Below are positions 1 through 8,052 of a stretch of DNA of 24,559 nucleotides, piece by piece; position 1 is the stretch's first letter; every line of letters begins with the position of its first letter. Source of the stretch: Thermodesulfovibrionia bacterium (GTDB lineage Bacteria > Nitrospirota > Thermodesulfovibrionia > UBA6902); contig CAXMSH010000001.1 of NCBI GenBank assembly GCA_964195875.1, positions 1-24,559 on the forward strand, given 5' to 3'. The notes beneath the pieces were generated by a model. It was not told the DNA's origin. It saw nothing but the letters and a program-made list of their open reading frames with translations, and made no database searches. Position numbers and translations under genes: made by a program.

Positions 1-65
1 GTCAACATGGCCATTCACTCCCAATCGGCCATTGGTCAGAACCTCATATGACGTTTTATTGAACG

Positions 66-212
66 TTAGATTCGGGCCCACATGTTGACTTGTCGTTTGC
101 TCTTCTTTGTCTTCTTGATATCCAGCACAACCCCGGCCCTCTTATTTAAGAACCGGAGTATCTTAAGGTCAATGTCATCGATTTTACTTCGCAGATCGTC
201 TAGTTCGGACAT
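66..212 (-). pseudogene. pheA: Truncated chorismate mutase (AroQ/CM_2) N-terminus, probably the start of pheA
   Basis: My translation is MSELDDLRSKIDDIDLKILRFLNKRAGVVLDIKKTKKSKRQVNMWARI*, with AGAGG upstream of the ATG. The first ~39 aa fit the AroQ helix-1 pattern (L.LR.ID.ID..IL.LLN.RA). Similarity is lost at about position 89 and a TAA follows at 66-68. Not in the ORF track (under 60 aa). Confidence 0.7.
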
Positions 213-352
213 AATTATCCTCTTTGAACGGAAAATTTGAAGTAATACTTCAGAAAGCTAATGTATCAATATTCCTCAGTTTTTTCAAGGGTTCAGACAT
301 AAAGAAATTATACCTGAAATATATTTTACCTGCGAGGCTCATGCATCTGATC

Positions 353-611
353 TGTCATTCCCGAAGTTATTTATCAGGAATCCAGTGGTCTTTTAAATCA
401 CTTTTGCCGTCATTCCGGCTTGTCCGGAATCTTTTTGCAAAAGGGTTTCCCGACGCACGGAGCCCTAGTCGCCTTTGGCTCCGCCATAGGCGGGTAAACC
501 TGTCCCGGCTTGACCGGGGCTTGCGGGACAGGCCCGAGGCCTCCAAAGCCTTATGTGTCATTCCGCACTTGATGCGGAATCCAGTTCCATGATCTGTTGA
601 TCTGGAATCCG
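353..611. repeat. Cluster of GTCATTCC-N-GGAATC REP-like hairpins with nested modules
   Basis: TGTCATTCCCGAAGTTATTTATCAGGAATCCAG (353-385), GTCATTCCGGCTTGTCCGGAATC (409-431), module CCTAGTCG..CCGCCATAGGCGGGTAAAC (464-499), hairpin CCTGTCCCG..CGGGACAGG (499-532), TGTCATTCCGCACTTGATGCGGAATCCAG (556-584). Confidence 0.85.
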
Positions 612-612
612 A

Positions 613-699
613 TTCTCTAAAATTAAAGACATTCTAGAGGGTAGCGCGCATTCTCATGAAGATGCAGTAAAAAGGCTGTCAAAAAAATGGCAGAACTGA
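613..699 (+). pseudogene. C-terminal remnant of a type II antitoxin
   Basis: Frame reads ..SKIKDILEGSAHSHEDAVKRLSKKWQN* and overlaps the toxin start. It resembles antitoxin C-termini found upstream of ParE/RelE genes. There is no start codon; an in-frame TGA lies at 598-600 within the repeats. Confidence 0.55.
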
Positions 700-782
700 T
701 ATGGTCCGAAAGAGCCATTTCAGATCTGGAAAGCATCTATGATTATATTGCTCAGGAAATATTAAAAGAAAGAAAACAATAA
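687..782 (+). pseudogene. N-terminal remnant of a RelE/ParE-family toxin
   Basis: MAELIWSERAISDLESIYDYIAQEILKERKQ* matches the ParE/RelE N-terminal pattern (..W...A..DL..I.DYIA.D) but stops after 31 aa; ~95 aa would be expected. Confidence 0.7.
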
Positions 783-790
783 TTAATAAT

Positions 791-905
791 TAGACAGGAT
801 ATACAGGATATATAAAAAAAAGAAAAAGAGAATAATCTTCTGTATCTTGTTAATCCTGTCAGAAAGGAAAAGGGAAATCTTTTGTATCCTGTTAATCCTG
901 TCAGA
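791..905. repeat. 9-nt-periodic inverted element (GACAGGAT.. / ..ATCCTGTC) with duplicated right arm
   Basis: Left arm GACAGGATA-TACAGGATA; right arms TGTATCTTGTTAATCCTGTCAG (~825-846) and TGTATCCTGTTAATCCTGTCAG (~883-904); A-rich spacers. Confidence 0.8.
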
Positions 906-915
906 GAAGTCTTTA

Positions 916-1752
916 TTAACCCCTCTTTATGGCATCCGCAATCTTTGCCACTCTGAACATTTCCTTTACGTCATGCACTCTTATGATATTTGCGCCGTTA
1001 AATATTCCTATTGCGACCGCTGCCGCTGTCCCCTGTAGTCTATCTGTTACAGGAAGGTCGCCCAGCAGTTTGCCGATAAATGACTTTCTTGATGGGCCTA
1101 TAAGAATGGGTTTCTGATAACCTGTAAATTCGTTAAGGCGCCTGATGATCTCCAGGTTGTGCTCTAATGTTTTTCCAAAACCGATACCGGGGTCGATAAT
1201 AATCATATTGTCGGGTATCCCGGCATTACGTGCCGTGATGATCGACTCATTCAGATAATCCATAATCTCGGGGATGAGGCTTTTATATACCGGCTTCTTC
1301 TGCATATCCCGCGGTCTCCCTTTGATATGCATTATCACAACCGGCACCTTATGCCTTGCCACAATACCCGGCATTTTGGTATCAAATCTTAAACCGCTAA
1401 TGTCATTAATAATAGACGCACCTGCCTGTATGGCTGCCTCTGCAACTACTGATTTATAAGTATCGATTGAGATCGGGATATTTACCTTCCCTGCAAGCTT
1501 TTCAATCACGGGCAAAACACGCTTGATTTCTTCTCTGAAGGTTATAGCCCCGGAACCCGGCCTGGTTGACTCACCGCCGATATCGATAATGTCGGCGCCT
1601 TCATCCTGCATCCTGAGCGCCTGATCAACTGCTCTGTCCTTATTAAGGAAGACTCCGCCGTCAGAAAAGGAATCCGGCGTGACATTCAGGATACCCATTA
1701 AATAGGTCTTTGATAAGAAATCAAAACTGAAATTTTTCCAGACAAGCTTCAA
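916..1752 (-). CDS. folP: Dihydropteroate synthase
   Basis: 278 aa with MGILNVTPDSFSDGG, DIGGESTRPG, SIDT, INDISG, DPGIGFGK, SRKSF and RVHDV motifs; TTG start. Confidence 0.97.
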   Translation of the reverse strand: MKLVWKNFSFDFLSKTYLMGILNVTPDSFSDGGVFLNKDRAVDQALRMQDEGADIIDIGGESTRPGSGAITFREEIKRVLPVIEKLAGKVNIPISIDTYKSVVAEAAIQAGASIINDISGLRFDTKMPGIVARHKVPVVIMHIKGRPRDMQKKPVYKSLIPEIMDYLNESIITARNAGIPDNMIIIDPGIGFGKTLEHNLEIIRRLNEFTGYQKPILIGPSRKSFIGKLLGDLPVTDRLQGTAAAVAIGIFNGANIIRVHDVKEMFRVAKIADAIKRG

Positions 1753-1863
1753 TTCTGCTCCGGACGTTCTTTACCCATTTGTTGGGGAATAAGGTTCTAG
1801 TGTAGTGTCGCTCAAATAACTGGACAATTGAAAGTCTCAAAATTATATGCACCTGATTGTCAG

Positions 1864-1969
1864 AAAATCTCTCCTAACCTCCCTTTACCAAAGGGAGGAA
1901 TATTGCCCCTCTTTTTCTCCTCGGCGAATCCGCCTGAAGCGGAGGCAAAGAGGGGTGTGGGGAGATTTT
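1864..1969. repeat. CCCCTCTTT/AAAGAGGGG hairpin element with nested insert
   Basis: AAAATCTCTCCTAACCTCCCTTTACCAAAGGGAGG, then CCCCTCTTT-[~29-nt insert containing TCCGC-CTGAA-GCGGA]-GGCAAAGAGGGG..GGGGAGATTTT. An uninterrupted sibling is at 24094-24180. Confidence 0.8.
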
Positions 1970-2097
1970 CAGGCTAATGAGTATTCAATAATGCGTCCTT
2001 TAATAGCAACCGAAGAGAAAACGAGCGTCAGAATATGGACGTGAACATTCTATAGTTGTTTACCGGACAGTACACTCGTGTCATTTCAAGTGTAAAG

Positions 2098-2144
2098 TGT
2101 CATTCCGGCCCTGGGCGCCGAAGGCGCCCAGGGCCGGAATGACA
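2098..2144. repeat. Perfect 22-bp-stem palindrome of the GTCATTCC family
   Basis: TGTCATTCCGGCCCTGGGCGCC-GAA-GGCGCCCAGGGCCGGAATGACA, ~100 bp downstream of the trpB2 stop. Confidence 0.9.
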
Positions 2145-2244
2145 GACCTTAGTTTTCAGTTATCAGACTAGCAACAAACAACTGACAACTGAATATTTTG
2201 TTTTCTGTGTCCTATCCCCTATGCTCTTTGCTCTACGCCCTTCG

Positions 2245-3621
2245 TTAGCGGCTCTTAAGATGTTCCGGCTTTGGATAATCCCTGAATATCTCTTCTGACT
2301 TCTCAATCTCTTCATCAGACAGGGCATAGTCTTCCAGCTCACCGGAAAAGTATTTACTGTAAGCGCCGAGGTCGAGAAGGCCGTGCCCGCTGAAATTCGC
2401 AAGGATAACCTTCTCCTTGCCCTCTTCCTTTGCTTTTTCAGCTTCACTCACAACACATGCTAACGCGTGATTGGTCTCCGGTGCGGGGATAATACCCTCT
2501 GTCCGGGCCCACAGCACCCCTGCTTTATATGCCTCAAGCTGGGTTACAGCCTTTGGATTAATAAGACCTTCATCAACAAGCTGGCATACCGTCGGCGCCA
2601 TGCCGTGATACCGTAATCCTCCCGCGTGGATCGGGGCAGGGATAAAGGCATGTCCGAGGCTGTGCATCGCCAGAAGAGGGGTATAACCCGCCATATCACC
2701 GTGGTCATAGACAAAAGGAGACTTGGTAAGGGTAGGACAGGCGGTAGGTTCAACAGGGATGATCTCTATCTCTTTGCCATTTATCTTGTCAAGGACAAAA
2801 GGAAACGCGAGCCCGGCAAAGTTACTGCCGCCCCCGGCACAGCCGATAACTATATCAGGATACGCCCCTACCTTCTCAAGCTGTTTTTTTGCTTCCAGCC
2901 CTATAATAGTCTGATGAAGAATAACGTGGTTAAGAACACTGCCGAGAGAGTAGCGTGTTTCACCTGACTTGTCGCTTACCGCGGCCTCTACCGCTTCACT
3001 GATAGCAATACCCAGACTGCCCGGAGTATCAGGGTACTTTTCAAGAATCTGACGGCCCGCGTTGGTTGTGTCGCTCGGGCTGGGGATGCAGTCAGCCCCC
3101 CATGCCTGCATCAGGGTTTTACGATGAGGTTTTTGATCAAAACTTATACGCACCATATAGACTTTGCATTCAAGGCCGAATTGACTGCACGCAAAAGCAA
3201 GAGCGCTGCCCCATTGCCCGGCGCCTGTCTCGGTAGACAGTTTCTTGATTCCGAATGCCTTGTTGTAATATGCCTGTGCAACGGCGGTGTTGGGCTTATG
3301 GCTCCCTGCCGGGCTCACGCTCTCGTTCTTGATATAGATCTTTGCCGGTGTAGCAAGGGCCTTCTCTAAATTATAGGCCCTGATCAAGGGGGTTGATCGC
3401 CACATTGAGAGTACATCCAGTACTTCATCAGGTATATCTATCCACCTTTCGGTGCTTACCTCCTGTTCTATCAGGTTCATGGGGAATACAGGCGCCAATG
3501 AATCAGGCCCGATAGGATTTCCTTCCCTGTCAACAGGAGGGTTCATTTTTATGTCAGCAAGTATGTTGTACCATTTCCTTGGCATCTCATCGTCGGTGAG
3601 CATTATCTTTCTCTGTTTCAT
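2245..3621 (-). CDS. trpB2: TrpB2-type tryptophan synthase beta chain (TrpB-like PLP enzyme)
   Basis: 458 aa; N-terminal PRKWYNI extension typical of TrpB2, [11 protein letters not shown] (PLP lysine), [37 protein letters not shown]. No trpA in the window. Confidence 0.93.
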   Translation of the reverse strand: MKQRKIMLTDDEMPRKWYNILADIKMNPPVDREGNPIGPDSLAPVFPMNLIEQEVSTERWIDIPDEVLDVLSMWRSTPLIRAYNLEKALATPAKIYIKNESVSPAGSHKPNTAVAQAYYNKAFGIKKLSTETGAGQWGSALAFACSQFGLECKVYMVRISFDQKPHRKTLMQAWGADCIPSPSDTTNAGRQILEKYPDTPGSLGIAISEAVEAAVSDKSGETRYSLGSVLNHVILHQTIIGLEAKKQLEKVGAYPDIVIGCAGGGSNFAGLAFPFVLDKINGKEIEIIPVEPTACPTLTKSPFVYDHGDMAGYTPLLAMHSLGHAFIPAPIHAGGLRYHGMAPTVCQLVDEGLINPKAVTQLEAYKAGVLWARTEGIIPAPETNHALACVVSEAEKAKEEGKEKVILANFSGHGLLDLGAYSKYFSGELEDYALSDEEIEKSEEIFRDYPKPEHLKSR

Positions 3622-3959
3622 GATTATTCTCCTTTAATGTTTTCTTTGTTAATAAAACCGGATTATAGAAAGATTTTATAGGCATAAAGGCAAATTGTCA
3701 ATTCAGGAATTCTGTCTGCAGCTTTTCTTCATATATATCAGCTTTCCGTTTTGTCATGCGTTTCATCGGCAGAACAGGCTTCGGCAGGGCTATTACCCGG
3801 AAATCCGTCAGTCCGGGTTAACGTTTTACCAGTGAATTAATTACTGTTGCTATAGAGCATATGACCTGAACCTGTACTACCGCCCTGACCATATATGATT
3901 AACTGCTATAATATTAACTAAATGAACATTTCAATAATTGCAGTAAAAACTGGTTTATT

Positions 3960-5165
3960 ATGAATATACCTGAGCTGGTTGCACCGGCAGGAAACCCTGA
4001 AAAGCTGACGACAGCGCTTCATTACGGAGCTGACGCCGTATTTCTGGGGTTGTCCGAATTCAGCTTGAGGGCAAAGGCAGACAACTTCTCAGAGAATGAT
4101 CTCAAAGAAGCGATATGTTTTGTTCACAACAAAGGGAAAAAGGCCTATGTAACCGTAAATATATTCCCTCACAGCAGGGATATATCAGCCATAAAAGACC
4201 ACCTTTTATTCCTCAAGGGGACTGAACCTGACGGCATAATCGTCTCGGACACAGGCGCCTTTGAGATGGCCGCCGAGATCTCACCTGATATTCCTATCCA
4301 TATCAGTACACAGGCAAATATCACCAACTTCAGGTCCGCAAGGTTCTGGGAAAAGCTTGGGGCAAAAAGGCTTGTGCTCTCAAGGGAACTAACGATTGAT
4401 GAGATAAGGGGTATACGTGATAATGTCTCTATTGAGCTGGAGTGTTTTGTTCACGGGGCGATATGCATATCATATTCAGGCAGATGCTATATAAGCAGCT
4501 TTCAGGCAAACAGGTCCGCAAACAGGGGGGAATGCACCAATTCATGCAGGTGGAACTATACGCTGATGGAGGAGAAACGTCAGGGGGAGTTTTCTCCGGT
4601 ATATGAGAATGACAGGGGGACGTTTATACTTAGTTCGAAAGACCTGTGCATGATTGAGCACCTTGACAAGCTTACTGATGCAGGGGTAAACAGTTTCAAG
4701 ATCGAGGGCAGAACCAAGGGTATAAATTATGTTGCCGGGGTTGTAAAGACGTATAGAGAGGCGATCGACAGTCTCGGAAAGGGACCTTACATTGTAAATG
4801 GGGATTGGCTAAGGGAACTCTCCATGTTTTCTAACAGGGGTTATACAACCGGTATGTTCTTTGGACCACAACCTGATAAAGGTTACAACCATGATGAGAA
4901 AGGTATTTACTCGATGAGCCATGAACTTGTCGGTGTCGTCAGGTCTGTCAGTAATGGAAAAGGCCTTGTTGCCCTGAGGAATACATTGAAGCTTGGAGAT
5001 AATATTGAGTTTCTCTCTCAGGGGCTTGGGAAGAGCCTCTTCGAGGTCAAGGAGATCCTTGACGAGAAAGGGCGCCCTGTAGACTCAGGAAGGAATGAAG
5101 AGACGGTTTTGATACAGCTTCAGCCCGGGGTTAAAGAGAATGACCTGATAAGGAAACCAAAATAA
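3960..5165 (+). CDS. U32-family peptidase-like protein (TrhP/YegQ-like tRNA hydroxylase)
   Basis: 401 aa; PELVAPAG, GADAVF, HISTQAN, LSREL, FVHGAICISYSGRC..S, GECTNSCR (Fe-S cysteines), SFKIEGR. Confidence 0.9.
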   Translation: MNIPELVAPAGNPEKLTTALHYGADAVFLGLSEFSLRAKADNFSENDLKEAICFVHNKGKKAYVTVNIFPHSRDISAIKDHLLFLKGTEPDGIIVSDTGAFEMAAEISPDIPIHISTQANITNFRSARFWEKLGAKRLVLSRELTIDEIRGIRDNVSIELECFVHGAICISYSGRCYISSFQANRSANRGECTNSCRWNYTLMEEKRQGEFSPVYENDRGTFILSSKDLCMIEHLDKLTDAGVNSFKIEGRTKGINYVAGVVKTYREAIDSLGKGPYIVNGDWLRELSMFSNRGYTTGMFFGPQPDKGYNHDEKGIYSMSHELVGVVRSVSNGKGLVALRNTLKLGDNIEFLSQGLGKSLFEVKEILDEKGRPVDSGRNEETVLIQLQPGVKENDLIRKPK

Positions 5166-5191
5166 AATAAAAGGTGAAAGATCAAAATTAC

Positions 5192-5442
5192 TGTCATTCC
5201 GGCTTGCCTGCCCGCCGTTTTTTTGGAGGGTCCGGAATCGTTTTTAATAACAATGTCTAATGATAGATAAAAGCTTTGCATGGCTAATGTCGGACCAACT
5301 CTATATGTTGGGGAATAAGGAATAATCTTATTGGGAGATTATATGAACAGACAAGAGCAAATAGGCCTAATTAAACAAACCAATCCAACAATAATTAATA
5401 CGTCGATATTGGAGGAACGATTCCGGGCAAGCCGGAATGACA
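5192..5442. mobile_element. Inverted pair of GTCATTCC hairpins enclosing a decayed GIY-YIG gene
   Basis: Left TGTCATTCCGGCTTG-[24-nt insert]-TCCGGAATC (5192-5239); right GATTCCGGGCAAGCCGGAATGACA (5419-5442) in the opposite orientation. Confidence 0.7.
5280..5441 (+). pseudogene. Fragmented small stand-alone GIY-YIG nuclease
   Basis: Three collinear pieces in different frames: MANVGPTLYVG (from 5280), NNLIGRLYEQ (5321-5350) and RQEQIGLIKQTNPT (from 5349). They resemble LANxxxTLYxGVTNNLxRRxYEH and RxxKIxLIxxxNP of this family. The middle of the gene is missing. Confidence 0.6.
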
Positions 5443-5539
5443 GAATCAGAAATGAGATGACCTTTGAACCTTTTCCGCCCCGGTCGAAGACTCGCCGTGG
5501 AGAGCGGATTCGCTGAAGCGAAGAACCCTTATTTTGTAT

Positions 5540-7453
5540 CTATACCGCCGCTTCCGGAGTTGCTCCCATATTACTGCCCGGTTCCGGAGCGTCTGGTTTA
5601 CCTTCTTCTTTTTTAATTCCCTCTGTTTTAGTGGGGGTATCCTTATCGGTTTTTACCGGTTCAGGCTTGCTAACCTCCTTTCCCTCGATAACGGCGTCAA
5701 GATCGGCGGCGTCGATCGTCTCTCTATCAAGCAGTAACTCGGCTACTTTAAAAAGAATCGCCTTGTTTGCAGCAAGGAGGTCTTTAGCGTATCTGTATCT
5801 TTCGGTAATTATATTTTTCACTTCATGGTCTATCTCTTCAGCAGTCTTTTCAGAGTAGTCCTTATGCTGAGCAATCTCTCTGCCAAGAAATATCTGTTCC
5901 TGTTTCTTGCCGAATGTCAGTGGGCCCATCTTATCGCTCATTCCCCACTCACAGACCATCTTTCTAGCAAGTTCTGTCGCCCTTTCAAGGTCGTTTCCGG
6001 CGCCCGTCGTCATATGGTCGAGGGCGATCTCTTCCGCCGCTCTTCCACCCATAAAGACAGCAAGCGTGCTCAATAAATACCCTTTGGAATAGGTGTACTT
6101 GTCGTCAATCGGCAGCTGCTGCGTAACCCCAAGCGCCATACCCCTCGGCATTATACTTACCTTATGTATGGGATCGGTGTCCGGGGTCAGTCTTGCCACA
6201 AGCGCGTGACCGGCCTCATGATACGCGGTATTCTTCTTCTCTTCAGGCGATATTATCATGCTCTTACGCTCTTTACCCATCATGACCTTATCTTTTGCAG
6301 TTTCAAAGTCTATCATCTCGACCTTGATTTTGGACTGTCTGGCAGCCAGCAGGGCGGCTTCATTAATAAGGTTGGCAATGTCGGCGCCGGAAAAACCCGG
6401 CGTCCCCCTTGCAAGAACCTCTAATTTAACATCATCAGCAAGGGGTACATTTTTTATATGTACCTTGATTATCTCAAGCCTTCCTTTTACATCCGGAATC
6501 GAGACGATGACCTGCCTGTCGAACCTGCCGGGCCTCAGCAGAGCCGGGTCAAGAACATCAGGCCTGTTTGTAGCGGCAAGGACTATTATCCCCTCGTTCG
6601 AGTCAAAACCGTCCAGTTCAACGAGCAGCTGGTTAAGTGTCTGTTCGCGTTCATCATGTCCACCCCCTAAGCCCGCGCCCCTGTGGCGTCCGACCGCGTC
6701 AATCTCATCTATGAATATAATGCACGGAGCGTTCTTCTGTGCCTGGACAAAGAGGTCCCTCACCCGTGAGGCGCCAACCCCGACAAACATCTCACCAAAA
6801 GCAGACCCGCTGATGGAGAAGAAGGGGACTCCCGCCTCACCGGCGATGGCCCTTGCAAGCAGGGTCTTTCCTGTACCGGGCATACCTATCAGGAGAACAC
6901 CCTTGGGAATTTTACCGCCCAGCTTCTGGAACTTCTGAGGGTCTTTTAAAAAATCAATTATTTCCGTTACTTCCTCCTTTGCCTCTTCAACACCGGCTAC
7001 ATCCTTGAAGGTTATCTTGACAGCTTTTTCAGATGCGAGCTTTGCCTTGCTTTTGCCGAATGAGAGCGCCTTGTTTCCGCCGGCCTGCATCTGCTTCATG
7101 AAGAATACCCATAGCACTACCAGCAGCAGAATAGGCCCGAAATTAAAGAGCACGCTTATATACCAGGGGGTTTGATCGGGCTTTGCGCTAATCCTGACGC
7201 CCTTCTCACTCAACTCCTTAACAAGATCCGGATAATCAGGAGCATAGGCCCTGAACTTCTCACCACTTTTAAGAGTTCCGATTATCAGGTTCTCGGGCTG
7301 CTGTATAGTTACATCAATCACCTGCCCATCTTTAAGGTTCAGCAAAAAATCGGAGAATACCATCTCTTCTTCCTGCTTTGATGTATCGAGCATGTTGAAG
7401 GCCAGGATCATCATTAAGCCGAACACAACCCAGACTATAATACTTCTATTCAA
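5540..7453 (-). CDS. ftsH: ATP-dependent zinc metalloprotease FtsH
   Basis: 637 aa; two N-terminal TM segments, Walker A GMPGTGKT, Walker [37 protein letters not shown] zinc motif; TTG start with GGGAGG RBS. Confidence 0.98.
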   Translation of the reverse strand: MNRSIIVWVVFGLMMILAFNMLDTSKQEEEMVFSDFLLNLKDGQVIDVTIQQPENLIIGTLKSGEKFRAYAPDYPDLVKELSEKGVRISAKPDQTPWYISVLFNFGPILLLVVLWVFFMKQMQAGGNKALSFGKSKAKLASEKAVKITFKDVAGVEEAKEEVTEIIDFLKDPQKFQKLGGKIPKGVLLIGMPGTGKTLLARAIAGEAGVPFFSISGSAFGEMFVGVGASRVRDLFVQAQKNAPCIIFIDEIDAVGRHRGAGLGGGHDEREQTLNQLLVELDGFDSNEGIIVLAATNRPDVLDPALLRPGRFDRQVIVSIPDVKGRLEIIKVHIKNVPLADDVKLEVLARGTPGFSGADIANLINEAALLAARQSKIKVEMIDFETAKDKVMMGKERKSMIISPEEKKNTAYHEAGHALVARLTPDTDPIHKVSIMPRGMALGVTQQLPIDDKYTYSKGYLLSTLAVFMGGRAAEEIALDHMTTGAGNDLERATELARKMVCEWGMSDKMGPLTFGKKQEQIFLGREIAQHKDYSEKTAEEIDHEVKNIITERYRYAKDLLAANKAILFKVAELLLDRETIDAADLDAVIEGKEVSKPEPVKTDKDTPTKTEGIKKEEGKPDAPEPGSNMGATPEAAV

Positions 7454-7632
7454 ATGTGCAACCTCCCGAAATAATTTAGTTTATCCTTTGATATCCAGAC
7501 ATTATGTATCATTTAAGAGTAACATATTTCTTTTTCTATTTACAATATAATATGATAGTTACAAGCAACATATATAAGTCAGGATTTGCATTTACATGAG
7601 TTGTACAAGGTAGTCGTTACTTGATACGGTAA

Positions 7633-7837
7633 GGATTCAAGGGTTCAAGGATTCGAGGATTCGAGTTAACAGATTTAAAGATAAAAGATTCCGCCTTTAC
7701 AGACCTGCCTGCTGGCTGGCAGGTCTCTGCGAGCCCCGTTGTTTCGCCCCGAGGCGAGCGGGCAAGAATTTATTATTTTGAATCAGTTTTTTAATGTATT
7801 AATTCCGTTTTCAATGTTTTTCACTTGAATCCTTGAC
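7633..7837. repeat. 8-nt-periodic inverted element carrying nested hairpins
   Basis: GGATTCAA-GGGTTCAA-GGATTCGA-GGATTCGA ... TCACTTGAATCCTTGAC. Inside are AGACCTGCC/GGCAGGTCT (7701-7726) and a 24-nt module (7735-7758) that is the reverse complement of 13127-13150 with one mismatch. Confidence 0.8.
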
Positions 7838-7868
7838 ACATTACTGACTAAGATGTTAATTTTTAAGT

Positions 7869-8023
7869 TTGATGGCGTCGTAAAAAGTCCGAGCTACTGC
7901 GTTGCAGCGCATTTTGAAATCCTCGACATACTATTATGTATAGTCTCGGCTTTAAAAATACACTTAGCTTTGTATATCGACATTTTCACTTAGACATCCC
8001 ATGACTTTTTACTAGTGCATCAA
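7869..8023. mobile_element. MITE-like element with imperfect ~20-bp terminal inverted repeats
   Basis: Left TTGATGGCGTCGTAAAAAGTC; right GACTTTTTACTAGTGCATCAA (reverse complement TTGATGCACTAGTAAAAAGTC). Similar termini occur at 23308-23465. Confidence 0.65.
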
Positions 8024-8052
8024 GTTTAATTTAATATTATAAAAGGCTTGCT

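Noticed and set aside
224-592. 122-aa ORF and the opposite 64-aa ORF 367-561
   Set aside because: They are translations of the GTCATTCC repeat cluster, with no recognisable domain.
353-611. Possible CRISPR array (recurring GTCATTCC..GGAATC)
   Set aside because: Units vary in length, sequence and orientation, spacing is irregular, copies are dispersed, and there are no cas genes.
1769-5320. Shared 15-mer TGTTGGGGAATAAGG at ~1770 and ~5306
   Set aside because: One 15-nt match in 24.5 kb of AT-rich DNA is not unexpected, and the flanks do not align.
7454-8052. T-box riboswitch upstream of ileS
   Set aside because: No T-box antiterminator motif was seen; the leader is occupied by repeat and MITE-like elements.
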